The position numbers and the translations under genes are program-made. The notes below the pieces were generated by a model. The model saw only the letters and a list, made by a program, of their open reading frames with translations. It did not search any database and was not told where the DNA came from. A stretch of DNA of 55,603 nt, the filler included, from Squatina squatina (lineage: Eukaryota), in NCBI GenBank assembly GCA_031763465.1. It is 4 parts of 4 records of this genome, joined end to end, with 100 filler letters (N's around TTAATTAATTAA, not from the genome) between each part and the next. Parts side by side here need not be neighbours in the genome. Positions count along the whole stretch, not along the records: positions 13,595 to 28,114 come from JARFOE010000100.1; positions 28,215 to 41,914 come from JARFOE010000176.1; 2 more parts are not named here. One strand, given 5' to 3'. The stretch's first letter is position 1. Every line of letters begins with the position of its first letter. Positions 27,700-40,024 of this stretch are shown one piece after another.

Positions 27700-28114
27700 T
27701 CTTCTACCTCTACCCCCACCTCTACCACTGTGGCACCAAAACTCTAATCCATACCGTTATCATCTTGAGGCTGGATTTTGCCAGCACTCTCATTCCTGGC
27801 TTCCCCACTTCAACCTTCCATAAACTACAGTTCATCCAGAATATGTTCTTCTCCACAGTAAGGTTTGCATATCCAGCACTCTTGTCTTTACCAAGCTCCA
27901 CAGGCTGCCTGTGACACAGACAATTGACTTTAAGATCCTCATGCTCCACTTCAATCTCTCTATATCCTGCCCCTCCATACCTTCTATGAGTTCCTCCACT
28001 CCTTGTACCTTTGCCCACTCTTTGCTCCTCCAGTACCATCCTATATTTGGTTCTCCATGCTTCTACTCCAACATCAACACATGCCATCAAAAGCCATTCC
28101 TTCAGCTATGGTGG
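27700..28114 (+). mobile_element. Decayed L2-type LINE 3' fragment
   Basis: Pyrimidine-rich, with remnants of 'LHKLQFIQN' and 'IDFKILML'. Confidence 0.6.
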
Positions 28115-28214
28115 NNNNNNNNNNNNNNNNNNNNNNNNNNNNNNNNNNNNNNNNNNNNTTAATTAATTAANNNNNNNNNNNNNNNNNNNNNNNNNNNNNN
28201 NNNNNNNNNNNNNN
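28115..28214. other. Artificial scaffold spacer (44N-TTAATTAATTAA-44N)
   Basis: Identical to the spacer at 13495. Confidence 0.95.
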
Positions 28215-28437
28215 GAGCAGTGGAGGCCCTGCTTTGAGGTTGGAGGTCAGCCTGCAGGAGTTGGCAGAGTTCAGTGATGACCTCTTTTTTGGAACGGAGT
28301 CTACGAAGGCATTGCTCGTCGCTCATCTCAAGGTAGCTGAATCGGGGTCTGTAGTCTCTGCGGGCATACCTCCTTCGAGGTGGGCGTGCCCTCCGCTCTC
28401 TAAGAGGTCTGTGCCTTGGCCCTGCACGTGCCACCAA
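28215..28437 (-). mobile_element. Harbinger (HARBI1-like) transposase N-terminal fragment
   Basis: RRRYARRDYRPRFSYLEMSDEQCLRRLRSKKEVITELCQLLQADLQPQSRASTA matches the HTH-proximal N-terminus of HARBI1-type nucleases. It is truncated by the spacer. Confidence 0.85.
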
Positions 28438-28860
28438 TGGTGCAACTGCAATCTATTTAATGTTCGATTTTCATTGCGGCTGTACACAGTCCCACCCGAG
28501 CTTTGGTTCTTGCTACCCAGTTCTTTGTACTCATCATGAAAGGCAATGTCATACAAATGTCACAGTAATGGTTTCATTTGCTGTATTTATAGAAGTAAGA
28601 TTACCATTTAGCTGATTCTTTGCCCTCGGTTTCTTAATTGAGTGAACAGTTTAAGGGGCTTGGTGAGTAAATGCCCCCCCCCCCCGTCACACAGCTACCA
28701 TTGCACTTCACAGTTAAGGTTGCATCGACCCGCCGTAACATGACTGTTTTGTGACAATCTCCTATATATTAAATTTGGCATGCGGGGGATGTGTTTCATT
28801 GAAAACTTATAGGCACGTGCCGGCGCTAACAGTGTCCTTCTTTACATACGCATGTTGCAT

Positions 28861-29038
28861 TGGGTGACCAGACTTCCCTGTTTTGCCGGGACAGTCTCAG
28901 TTTTTCAGGACACATCCTGGTGTCCCGACACTTACCTTAAAATTGCTCAAATGTTTCTTGGAGCGAGAGACAGAGCCGTGACTGCGCATGCGCAGACTGA
29001 TTGTCCTGGTTTGGAAATCTTCAGATCTGGTCACCCTG
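28861..29038. mobile_element. hAT-Blackjack-like MITE
   Basis: TIRs gggtgaccaga and tctggtcaccct, with subterminal ccgggaca/tgtccc motifs and an internal ctgcgcatgcgcag palindrome. No clear 8-bp TSD. Confidence 0.75.
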
Positions 29039-31397
29039 CACATGGGCTGCATTATTTTTTTTAAACCTTTGGGAATGGTGATTTAAAAAGGAATGCTGTC
29101 AGTGCTGCTCTCTCATTTGTGGATAAACCTGCCAAGAAAGCCACATAATCACCTTTCTACAGAGTATTTTCCATTCCGTTCCATCATGGCTGCTATACAA
29201 CAGTAGAAGGCGAGGGAGTGTTAAGGAGTATCCCCACAGGGGACTTCCTAGCTTTACATTGCCCCAGTTCATTTTGTTCACCAGAAATATTCTATATAGC
29301 AGTCCTGTGAATAGAATTGTTTAAAACACAGATAGGCCAAACAAACCCCTGTAAACAAATGAAAGGAGAATGATTGAGGACTAAATGCTTAACTTCGTAA
29401 TGTTGTCCAATCCAATGCTATTGAGACAAACCTGATTTACTGTCACTCCAGCTACAAGCATTTTCCCCCTTTTGTTCCTAGTTTGTTTCTGCTCACTTCA
29501 GACCACCCTGGTGATTTTTGTATTTTACAGCTCTGTGCAGGATTTGGCTGAAATGGAGATAAATCCTGGTAAACATCTAGGTTGCTTGCCAAGGAACATT
29601 ATGCTTAGATTAAAATTCCGAGAAATCACAGAAGCAAAATAGTCACTTTGCATATTCTAGGTATTGTGGTCCCTTTAATCATCCATTCAGTAGCTCAAGC
29701 TAAACCGCAACACCAGAAAGTGGCAGCCATAAAAACAGCCGTTTCACGCCAACAGTTAGGCTTGTGCAGTATGCTGCTGACTCCAGGTGATTTGAGGCAA
29801 TGGTTAGACTCTATTTAATGTACTGAACATTTTAACAAAATAAATAAATAAAGTGGGATAATTGGAGAAATTTAAGGTTGGACCTGGATCTTGTATTTAA
29901 GTGTCAAGTTGGGTTCAGTAATTCTATGGAATGGGATAGTGTTTGGTTAAAAACTCTTGCAGCGGCTTGTCAGCTTTATTCTCAAAAAATGTTGGTTAGT
30001 TCATGTCCACTGTGTTCTGTTCACAGAATCGATAAAAGCCTGGAGTTGCTGCATTGCCATTTCCAATTGCCGTTATATTGTGACTGAGCCAAAAGCCTTT
30101 TGTGTTTCAACAACTCACATCTATGTTGCACTTCTCACATAGCAAAACATCCCAAGGTGCTTTACTGAAGTTAACATTACCACTGCCGTGATTGCAACCC
30201 ATATCTTTAACTTGGTCGAGCTCCTTTTTCCATCTCGTCCAAGTAAATTGGATTTTTTTAATATATCAACATAACATGACAGGGCAGGGCTTCAGTTAGA
30301 CAAATTTCAAGATTTAACATTAGACAGACTCCTCTTAGAAATCAAGAGGGAGCTCATAGGAAGTGTACTGTTACCTTTCTCCTGAGAAAAGCTCATATTG
30401 ATAGCATTACACAGTATAGATTAAGGGCATTTTTGTGGTGGAAAGAAATTAAAACTGCCTGTTCATGTTTAATCAAGGCATAATGCCATGTTGTGTTTAA
30501 AGAGTTCCCCCACGTTGATTACGATTTAATCCAGAGGAGTATCAGATTAAAGAATGTCAGTCCGCCAGTGTTTTTGTCAATTCCCTCAGAGCTTCATTCA
30601 TGGTTTTGATTTAATTTCTTTCAATAGGAAACAGGTTGAGGAAATGTCTGTCTTCATAATGTTCGTGTGTTTGACATTTCGTTTGCATTAATCGGCGTGC
30701 AGTTTTAATGTGTGCTTGTATTATNNNNNNNNNNNNNNNNNNNNNNNNNNNNNNNNNNNNNNNNNNNNNNNNNNNNNNNNNNNNNNNNNNNNNNNNNNNN
30801 NNNNNNNNNNNNNNNNNNNNNNNNCGCCCCAGTCTTTAGGTAAGAACTGAGAGTCCCGAATTATTTCCCAATAACTCTTTGCAGAAAAATCCTCCAATAA
30901 AGTGATGAACAAATGCTCTGATTATCGTTATAGGGATGAGCTTTGAAAAATTCAGCATAACTAAAAGTTGTAATGTAAGGAATGGAATTAATTTGCCATA
31001 GCAGTTTAGTTCCGCCTGATAGAAAACTGAAAATCCATCCAGAAGTCAGTAAGTGCTGGATTTATCGATAGATATTGGTGCTTTGTACTGAAAAATAAAT
31101 GTTTGGCAGTCTTTTAGTATCAAGAACCTGCCGTAATACTTTGAAAGCAAGTTGGCTTGCAACTAGATTTAACGATTTCTGAATGTTGAGAGAACTGTGT
31201 ACAGTTCTGGTCTCCATCTTACAAAAAGGATACAGAGGCACTGGAGAAGGTGCAAAAAAGATTTACAAGGATAATACTAGAACTGAGAAGTTCTAACCAT
31301 CATGAGAGACTGCACAGGTTGGGGTCATTTTCTCTGGAAAAGGGAAGGCTGACGGATGACCTAATAGGGGTCTTTAAAATTATAAAGGGGTTTGAGT

Positions 31398-31797
31398 TAT
31401 TCATTTCTTGGATGTGGGCATCACTGGCAAGACCAGCATTTATTGCCCATCATTAATTGCCCTCAAGAAGGTGGGCTGCCTTAAACAACTGAGTGTCCTG
31501 CTCGGCCATTTCAGAGGGCAGTTAAGAGTCAACCACATTGCTGTGGCTCTGGAGTCACGTGCAGGCCAGACCAGGTAAGGACGGCAGACTTCCTTTTGTA
31601 TAGAATTTTAGTGAACCAGATGGGTTTTTACGACAATCTGGTAGTTTCATGGTCACCATTACTGATACTAGCTTTTTATTCCAGACTTACTTAACTGAAT
31701 TTAAATTCCCCAGCTGCACTAGTGGGATTTGAATTCATGTCTCCAGATCGTTAGTCCAGGCCTTTGGATTGCTCATCCAGTGACATACCACTATGCT
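31398..31797 (-). mobile_element. tRNA-derived SINE with a conserved central domain (possibly MetaSINE type)
   Basis: On the minus strand: tRNA-like head near 31797, core ccttacctggtctggcct...gtgactccagagccacagcaatgtggttgactcttaactgccctctg, and a tail shared with the LINE at 19067. Confidence 0.75.
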
Positions 31798-31955
31798 AGA
31801 CATAGATAAGATATTTTCTCTTGTGGGGGAGTCCAACACGAGGAATCATGAATATACGATAGTGATTAATAAATCCAATAAGGAATTCAGCTGAAATGTT
31901 GTTACCCAGAGAATGGTTGGAATGTGGAACTTGCTACCACAAGGAACAATTGAGA

Positions 31956-32205
31956 GCAGGAGAGTTATCCCCGGTCTCCTGGCTATAATTACCTCTCAAT
32001 CAACATCACTAAAAACAGATTATCTGGTCATTATCACATTGCTGTTTGTGGGAGCTTGCTGTGCACAACTTGGCTGCTGCATTTCCTACATTGCAACAGT
32101 GACGACACTTCAAAAGTACTTCATTGGCTGTAAAGCACTTTGGGCCATCCGGTGGCCGTGAAAGGCGCTATATAAATGCAAGTCTTTCTTTTTTTTTCTT
32201 TTCTT
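31956..32205 (+). mobile_element. 5'-truncated Deu-domain SINE
   Basis: Aligns by eye with 10540-10735 and ends gtgaaaggcgctatataaatgcaagtctttc followed by a T-rich tail. Confidence 0.8.
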
Positions 32206-34645
32206 TCAAATAACATCGATGCATTTAAGGGGAAGCCAGATAAGCAGATGAGGGAGAAAGGAAGGAAAATGGTATGCTGATAGGGTAAGGTGGAAGGAGG
32301 CTCATGTGGGGCATAAAGATCGGCATCGACCACTTGGCCTGAATGGCCTGTTTCGGTGCTTTACGTTCCATGTAAAATATTTGAAATGACAGGTGAACGT
32401 GCGACTTTATTTCGCTAGTTTTACAGTGTAGAGCTTTCACTACAATTGCTGATGTATGATGGGCATCATAAAACAATAATACAGGTCCCATTAATCTCCA
32501 GCATTGTTACTGCTCTTATTATTTTGATGAGGTTACAATGTTTATCCTTCAGGACATGGCTCAATTACTTTCTCTGTTCGAGCTCTGTATGTTGGCACCA
32601 TGTGTACTGATGAGACTGGCAGTCGACTGGTTCTGAACTGTTCATAAATCAGGGAGACAAAATTACAAATAATGTGGTCAGCAGAACAGAAGGTTAACAA
32701 CTGCACCGTTTCAAAATAAATCAATATTTAAAATACAAGACAAATATAAACAGGACAACTTTGTATAATGCATTAATTATTCAACCCAACCAGCAGCTAT
32801 TTGTTGGTTCACGAATATTTAATACATGTTTTTCAATCTATTACAAGATGACACTATAATTAAGGAATGGAAGAAAATATTACTGCATAGTATTTGCATA
32901 ATCAGTGGTGCCAACTTAAATGCAAATTACATGGATACTGCAACTTCTAAAAAATATTAATGCCAGATCTTTGAATTACTTGCCAAGCAACTAAATGTGA
33001 AAACATTAATCGAACTACACATACCCTATTGATGTCTTCTACCATCTCACCAGAGGAATATATTTCAAATATTTATTTTTGAAAGCGCTGCTGGTCTAGT
33101 GCTTTTGCAACACAACTTTGGTATTTGTCACTTACTGGTGTTGCTTGCTAGAAAAGCTAATTTTGACCCCTGAGGAATGCATTTGTAATTGATGTGAAGT
33201 TTTAAACACATTGCTTTTGTAGGTGTACTGTTCCCATTTGGAGCAATTAACAGAAAATGTAATACCACCATACTATAAACACACTGCTCTTGAAATCTGA
33301 TGCACATGTATGATAGAATATAAATTTCTGCAGACCTTAAGATTACTGTAATACAGTGCTTTTAATATTTGACTGTTTGATGTAGGATAGTTCATTTCTG
33401 CTTATATTCTGTAGAACATAAACTTTTTTAACTCAATATTTCATTACCATCCTAATTAGTGTGGGTTTTAATCTGGTTTTTTTGCCTCTCCAAGGTGATC
33501 ACATGGTTCTGGGTGGATAGGGAGTGTCTGTATTGTGATGCATAAGCCAGCATGACGACATGGGAGAGGCTGNNNNNNNNNNGGATCAGTTGGTCTTTGC
33601 CTGCCCGACATTTTCATAAATGTGGTAACAGTGACTTCTATTGCTGACCGCTTTTAGACTTTGTGAACAGATCGATTGTAACTTTGTGATAAATGTGAGT
33701 CTACAACAGCACAAAACAGCACAAAATGAAGAATTTTGCTGATCCAGCAATATCTCTGTGTGCTCTGAGCTAAACTTAACAACTCCAGTCTACATCTTTT
33801 TTGGTGGTTAACCACAGCAGAAAGCTCAGAACTAGCTGGGCCACATTTGCCTGCGATTATTTTGGTTTTCCAGCATTCAGAGCCTGAGAATACTGGGCTC
33901 TCAGACTCCTGTCAAAAACCATCTTTGTTTACATTGCAATAGAAGAATTCCAGATTTCATAACTGCTGATATTTAAAGAGAGACATTTAANNNNNNNNNN
34001 NNNNNNNNNNNNNNNNNNNNNNNNNNNNNNNNNNNNNNNNNNNNNNNNNNNNNNNNNNNNNNNNNNNNNNNNNNNNNNNNNNNNNNNNNNCCTGAGTTCC
34101 TTGCTGTTGTGAAAGAAAAGTGATACCACTATGGTGATATCTAATGCTAACAATATTCACAAATGAAATGTGTTCTTCACTGGCTGTCCAGCATAACTGT
34201 TAAGCTGGTCTTCATGGGGCAAAGATCCAGCCTTTGTCCTGTGAGAAAACTCAAATCAGATCTGGTCCACTCATAACATTAATTACTGAAAGGAAACTAA
34301 TGAACAGTTTCAAACCTAACGCTTATATTTGCAAAGGATCTCTGAAATCTCAGTGTGCGTCACTGTCAGCATCACTTTTAAGTATCAGGGCAGTACAGAA
34401 ATTATTCTTAACTTTAGCACTTTTTTTCATTCTACTGATTGATAAAGAAAAGTTGAAATAGTGCTTGCTGATAACATTAGGAGAAACAACTTGAGGGAGT
34501 TATTCAGCCTTACAGTGTTAATCTGTCTGTTGTCATAATCAGACAAGCCATAGCTATCACAGAACCTTGGTGTTACACGTACCCCTCTGCCAACTTTTGC
34601 AACTTGGTCGTTCTTTTTACTTGAAATAACTAAATCACTGAAGCA

Positions 34646-34811
34646 AAAGCAAAATACTGCGGATGCTGGAAATCTGAAATAAAAACAGAAAATGCTGGAA
34701 ATATTCAGCAGGTCAGTTCTGATGAAAGGCCATTGACCTGAAATGTTAACTCTGTTTCTCTCTCCACAGATGCTGCCTGACCTGTTGAGTATTTCCAACA
34801 CTTTCTGTTTT
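34646..34811 (+). mobile_element. Short Penelope-type inverted-repeat retro-insertion with a 15-bp TSD
   Basis: taaatcactgaagca occurs at 34631-34645 and 34812-34826. Arms 34681-34716 and 34777-34812 are inverted repeats. Confidence 0.8.
34714..34752 (+). ncRNA. Minimal type I hammerhead ribozyme motif (degenerate)
   Basis: AGUU-CUGAUGA-A-AGGcC-AUU-GACCU-GAAA-uG-UU-AACU: catalytic boxes plus stems I and II. Stem II has one mismatch and stem III has a C>T change. Confidence 0.6.
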
Positions 34812-35460
34812 TAAATCACTGAAGCACTCTGGGTTAATAACTGTATCTCGTAAATGTTAATTTAGCTCCTTCATATGTCAGATTCAATAATATCTCCATG
34901 CAAGTTGACGATTTATAAACACTCTGTTCAAACAAATATATTAAAAACAGAAAAAAATATATAGTCTAAACTGAATTCAGATGACGCAACCCCTTGTTTA
35001 GAATTAAGAATCTACAATAAATGTTGACATGGTTGTACAGTTTATTTATTACAATATTTTTTCCAAAATTCTCAAAGCAGTTGCAAAAACACTTGCTCAA
35101 TTTGAAATACTGCTGGGCAGGGAGGAGGAGACTAGCAGGCACCTGTCAATGTGAAACTAATAAGGTGATGTGAAGTTAGTCAGGTCCTCTCACTGGTAAT
35201 GGGATCGATTTACATCACTTGTGCCACTTGTCATGCAGTATGCTGGTCTGTTCAACATTCCTGTCATTCCTCTTTGAGATAAAAAAAGACTTTTGGCTTC
35301 CCCTACACCCTAACGTGAGCTGCGATGGCAAACTGACTGTGTGCTGAGAGAGTCCTTGCAGTTTTCACAATGTTTCATTGGTTTTACTTCTAGTCTGTTT
35401 TGAGATGTTACTGCACTGAGTGGGAGGGGGGGGCATTTGCCCCCCCCTGTATCACCTGCC

Positions 35461-35601
35461 ATGTCTAACGGTTACCGTACTCTTTCCCAGCATCTAAATG
35501 ACTTGAAAAAAGAAAACTTCAGCCTCAAACTCAGGATCTATTTCCTGGAGGAGCGAATACAACAGAAATACGATGACAGCAGCGAGGACATCTACAAGAG
35601 G
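35461..35601 (+). CDS. PDE4DIP: PDE4DIP (myomegalin) coding exon with the CM1/centrosomin motif
   Basis: MSNGYRTLSQHLNDLKKENFSLKLRIYFLEERIQQKYDDSSEDIYKR is almost identical to the recalled human myomegalin N-terminus. Start context cctgccATG and donor AGG|gtagga. Confidence 0.95.
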
Positions 35602-36326
35602 GTAGGAGACTTTATCACTTTGTCTGTGTGAGCAAAGCATTGAAAGTGCATCCTACTCAAGATCTCAAAATATAATATTTCTTGGGCAATATGTCGGAAA
35701 GTGAACAACCAGTGCCAGGGCGAGGTAGGACATAGGTACAAACCTTGATATCCACCCCCGGCCCCAACATGTTATTTTATGATATTAACTGTGCCACCAA
35801 AAGATGGGTGCCAAGTAGTGCCAAGGCACTTTGCCACATTTATGGGGCGAGAGTTACCCCAGACTGCCAATGTGCAACTTAGCAGTAAAATAGAGAGTGA
35901 AACTGGCAAAGAGATAGGGGAAGCTCATTGGCCTGAGGTGGTGCAAGATGGTTTGGAAGAGGGAAAGAGATGAAAATAGAGAATAAAAAGAAGAGTTTTA
36001 TGGTATAGATATTGTCTACTTCAATAAATTGATGATGTTGATGCTATGCCAGTGGTCATGTGTCCAATTAATGTGTCCAAATTCTGTAATTAATGTGCAT
36101 CAAACTGAAATTACACCCAGCAAACTTCAATGGCTTAGGTTCTAGGAGTTTCAGTCCTTCTGTTTGGAGATAACTGCCCAAATACAGTGGATTATTTCAA
36201 TTACCTGCAATAATCTTTTAGGAGTTGGGATGTAGTTTTGCGCTAAAGCAGCTAACATGGAATTCAGGGATTATAATTAATTTTTCACAGACTCTGGGTC
36301 GTTGATCAAAAGGAGAGCCTATTGTT

Positions 36327-36417
36327 ATCTGGATGTCTGTACCTGGCAGGATTTACTATCCGGATGGATGTCCATACCTGGTAGGATTTACTATCCGGAT
36401 GGATGTCTGTACCTGGC
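36327..36417. repeat. 35-bp minisatellite running into a gap
   Basis: Unit atccggatggatgtctgtacctggcaggatttact, about 2.6 copies visible. Confidence 0.85.
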
Positions 36418-36517
36418 NNNNNNNNNNNNNNNNNNNNNNNNNNNNNNNNNNNNNNNNNNNNNNNNNNNNNNNNNNNNNNNNNNNNNNNNNNNNNNNNNNN
36501 NNNNNNNNNNNNNNNNN

Positions 36518-36592
36518 CAGATGCTGCCTGACCTGCTGAGTTTTTCCAGCATTTTTTGTTTGTATTCTAGATTCCAGCATCCGCAGTATTTC
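36518..36592 (+). repeat. Penelope-type terminal-repeat fragment
   Basis: cagatgctgcctgacctgctgagtttttccagcatt...gattccagcatccgcagtattt belongs to the same family as 34646-34811. Confidence 0.75.
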
Positions 36593-37723
36593 GCGTCTGT
36601 CCAACATTTCTCTGATGTATAATTGTCTGTAGGAGGGAGTTCAGAAATTACCTCAAAATCTCATCCCAGCTGTTACCACTAGATTACATAGATGTGGAAA
36701 GTTGATGGAGGTACAAGTCCAAACCAAGCATGTAGGATTTCAGTATAAGGCCATCAGGTGAGGCCCAGAACTTAATCAGATCCATCAAGGTTTTCTCCCA
36801 CCTGGAAGCACTCTTTTAAGCTCACTGCGCCTCATCCCCAGTCAGAATTTATGTTAGACAGTGGATGACTAGCACTTAGTTTCCTTCTGAAATTCAGTGA
36901 ATGCTGCCATTGCTGAGATATTAGTGCAATGGGCAGGCTTACTGTGGCACTACACATGCTCAGTCCAGCAGTGTGCAGCTGTCTAATTGTGCAGTTATCA
37001 GTTTGAGATTGATAGTTGCAATATCGGTTCCAGTTCATTTAGAATGTCTGGCTCCAGTTGCAGTTGTCCTGCCCAGCACGATTCCTTCCATGACATAAAT
37101 GTTAAACATTACGAGAGCATGGATGCAAATGTCTGTACTCCTCTCCCTTTTGTCCCCCAAACACTGGGCTTGACACACTATTGGAGTTGCACCCGTGCAC
37201 TGTCAAACGCGATCGGTATGAGACTTCATGGGGTGTCATGTTACTTCTCTCCAGGCCCAGCCTCCAGAGTTATATTTGCAACTTTAGTTTCACAACAAGG
37301 TAGAAATGCTAGAGTTATAGTTTATATACACCTTTAATGTGGTGCAGCAGCACAGTGCAGAGAGCAGTTTCAATTACCGGCACGCAGTATCGTGCAAGCT
37401 CAGTTTGGCAGCATGTAGAAACAATACACAAGACGGTTTGTTTAAATTCCACTTCCAGTACTCTATAGCATTGATATGCCATTTATTTTATATATATATA
37501 TATACACACAACTCTCCAGGGGTCTGAGGGATGGTGCTCTGATAAATTATAGTCTGTAATCTAGCTACAATATATACATAGAAATCTCTGTACAAAGCAC
37601 ACAAGTACTGTAATACAAAATGTCTGGCACCATCTGGTGGACCAGATGTATAGTAATATTGTATATAATTATATCACCGAGTCCTGGCACATTCTGATAG
37701 GTTTGTTTTAAATGTGAAAATAA

Positions 37724-38332
37724 TGGCCAGGAGTTTACGGTAAGAATAACGGTGAGGCTATCAGCCTGATGGGCGTGAAGTTGCAGTATTTAGATACTAG
37801 ATACCCACTAAACATGCCAGAAAATGTTAGGGTACGTCCATTCAAGTGTAAGTGAACTTTTAACAGTGTGCTAAGTCTTAATTACTGCAAAACAACTGCT
37901 CTGGCACTGAAAATTTAATTTTACAAGTGTGGAATCTCATTCCATCAGATTTTAATTGGTATTGGAGATTTACATTTTTAAAAAACTTTTCTGTCTCTTT
38001 TATTGCTCTCTCTTAATCCCATCTTTTTTTTCCCTTTCTTTATTTCCCTTTCTTTATTTCTCTTTCTGTACATCATTTAGCATTGAATTAAATATTCTAG
38101 CTTACACTTCTTGGTTTAGACTCTGCGTGTCTCAGTAAGGACTCTTGATTGGTTGAAGAGACACGTTGTTGCTTGTCCTGTTCACACAGGTCTCACAACC
38201 CCTGTAGAAGATGCAGTGCTGAAATGGATTTCTAATAACCACAAGGTGCTGTCCAAAAAAGTCTGTGGGCAGCTGTAAGCGTAATGAACTGCGAGCGCCG
38301 TTCCTTTGATGTTGACTGCAAAATCCGGGCCA
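37724..38332. mobile_element. About 610-bp non-autonomous DNA transposon (Harbinger-like termini)
   Basis: Imperfect TIRs tggccaggagtttacggt and actgcaaaatccgggcca. A second partial copy lies at 9769. Confidence 0.65.
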
Positions 38333-38448
38333 CTATCAAATATTTCAGNNNNNNNNNNNNNNNNNNNNNNNNNNNNNNNNNNNNNNNNNNNNNNNNNNNN
38401 NNNNNNNNNNNNNNNNNNNNNNNNNNNNNNNNNNNNNNNNNNNNNNNN

Positions 38449-38633
38449 CCAGCTCCATCGAGACTGCGCGTGCGCAGTTCAGGCTCCGCCAAGACTGCGC
38501 ATGCGCAGTCATGTCTCTGTCCTGACTGCAAAAAAAGGGACGTTTGGGGCATTTTGAAAGAATTGTCAGGACACCAGGATGTTTGGGGAAAATCCGGGAC
38601 TGTCCTGGCAAAACTGGAATGTCTGGTCACCCT
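38449..38633. mobile_element. hAT-Blackjack-like MITE, one end
   Basis: Reverse-complement similarity to 28861-28995; ends tgtctggtcacccta. Confidence 0.75.
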
Positions 38634-40024
38634 AGTTTAACAGCACAGCACAAGAGGCCAGTTAATCCAACAGCAGCTCATAAGACCAATACAAAGTGGT
38701 CTCTGATGCCATTGTAATGCCGGAGGATGCACCATTTTCATTTGAGAATGCCACTGACAGACGGAGAACTAAGTATGAGGTAGTCCACTGCAAAGTTAAA
38801 GGGTGTATGAGTTAGAGGCTGAGATTCTATTGACTGGGCCAGGTGCAAAATGAAGAATTTCTGTTGAATCACGCTTAGTTGCTGAAGGTGTGGCATGTCC
38901 TGTTCCGCAGTAAACAGTCAGTTCTGTGTGTGTTGTCAGGATTTGCAAGATGAATTGGGCAGAGAGAAGTTGCGGACCCAACAGGAAATGCAGGTAGGAG
39001 TGAATTCCTTTTTATCAAGTACTCCATGTCAATGAAACTGTGAGCCTTTTGCTTGTTCCACTTTGGCACCAGCTTCACTGTATTCACACTGCCACTAGAG
39101 CTGATTGTGTTCACTTGCACTGGTGGTGCCAGATTTAATATCCTGAGATGCATTGTCTGTTGAGCTTTATAACACTAAGTTATTTGATCCTACTTTTCTT
39201 CTTAACTACTGAGTTCACCCAGGTGTTTCCTGGAAATGTGTATAAGCTGATTCTGACATAATTTACAACACAGACTGGGCCTGGTGTGCTATTCTAAATG
39301 CAGCAAANNNNNNNNNNNNNNNNNNNNNNNNNNNNNNNNNNNNNNNNNNNNNNNNNNNNNNNNNNNNNNNNNNNNNNNNNNNNNNNNNNNNNNNNNNNNN
39401 NNNNNNNCTAGCTGTGTACTGTAAGCACATAGACAACTTGGCCTGTAGTTTACTTCAATTTGAGCTGAAAGGGGCCCAGATTAGGTCTGGAGGTAGTGAA
39501 GGCCGTGGAGAGGGGGTGAGTAATTTTCGTAAACTTGGAGAGTTCGGTTGCAACATTGAGAAAGAACTTGCATTTATTTACCTGTTCACTTTTTATAAAT
39601 TGAGCCTAAACTTGACTGCTGGCGATATTAGTGGACAATCTGCATCCAGATAACATTCCTCATTCTGCTATTTGTTAACTCATTTCAAACAAATATGTTA
39701 ATGCCTCCATTAGAATCCAAGGCAGAAGAATGTCAGATGAATGTGATCGTGTCTGTCCACTAATATCAAGAACAGTCATTTCCAAATGGCAGAAATGTGT
39801 TCGCAAAATTGTGACCGTAGTGGGAAGACTTTCTATCTTTGCTGCTTCTGGGGGAAATCATAGCTAAGCCAGAAATAGCAACCAGAGGAATTCTGCTCCA
39901 TTGAAGGCTAGCAATAACAGTCTGCAGCTTGTGGATGGTTTTGTACATGATGATGATGCCATGTAGTTCATGTATTTTGTGACCTTGAAATTCCAGTATC
40001 TTTCTCATTTCCCCCCACCTCCAG

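Larger units (their letters stand above)
31190..32375 (+). mobile_element. CR1 3' end interrupted by two SINE insertions
   Basis: CR1 motifs VQFWSP..KKDTEALEKVQKRFTRII...LIGVFKIIKG (31190-31397) resume as ...TQRMVGMWNLLPQ (about 31800-31955) and end in the CR1 tail (32215-32375). Confidence 0.8.

Noticed and set aside
13595-28114. Short ORFs and AG/GT-bounded candidates in segment 2 (for example near 15085-15127 minus and 20318-20433 plus)
   Set aside because: No recognisable protein similarity, and many of these ORFs exist only because they run through N gaps.
34427-34801. Recurring peptide 'MLEILNRSGSICGERNRVN' (also at 49036 and related ORFs) as a small protein family
   Set aside because: It is a translation of the non-coding Penelope-type terminal repeat.
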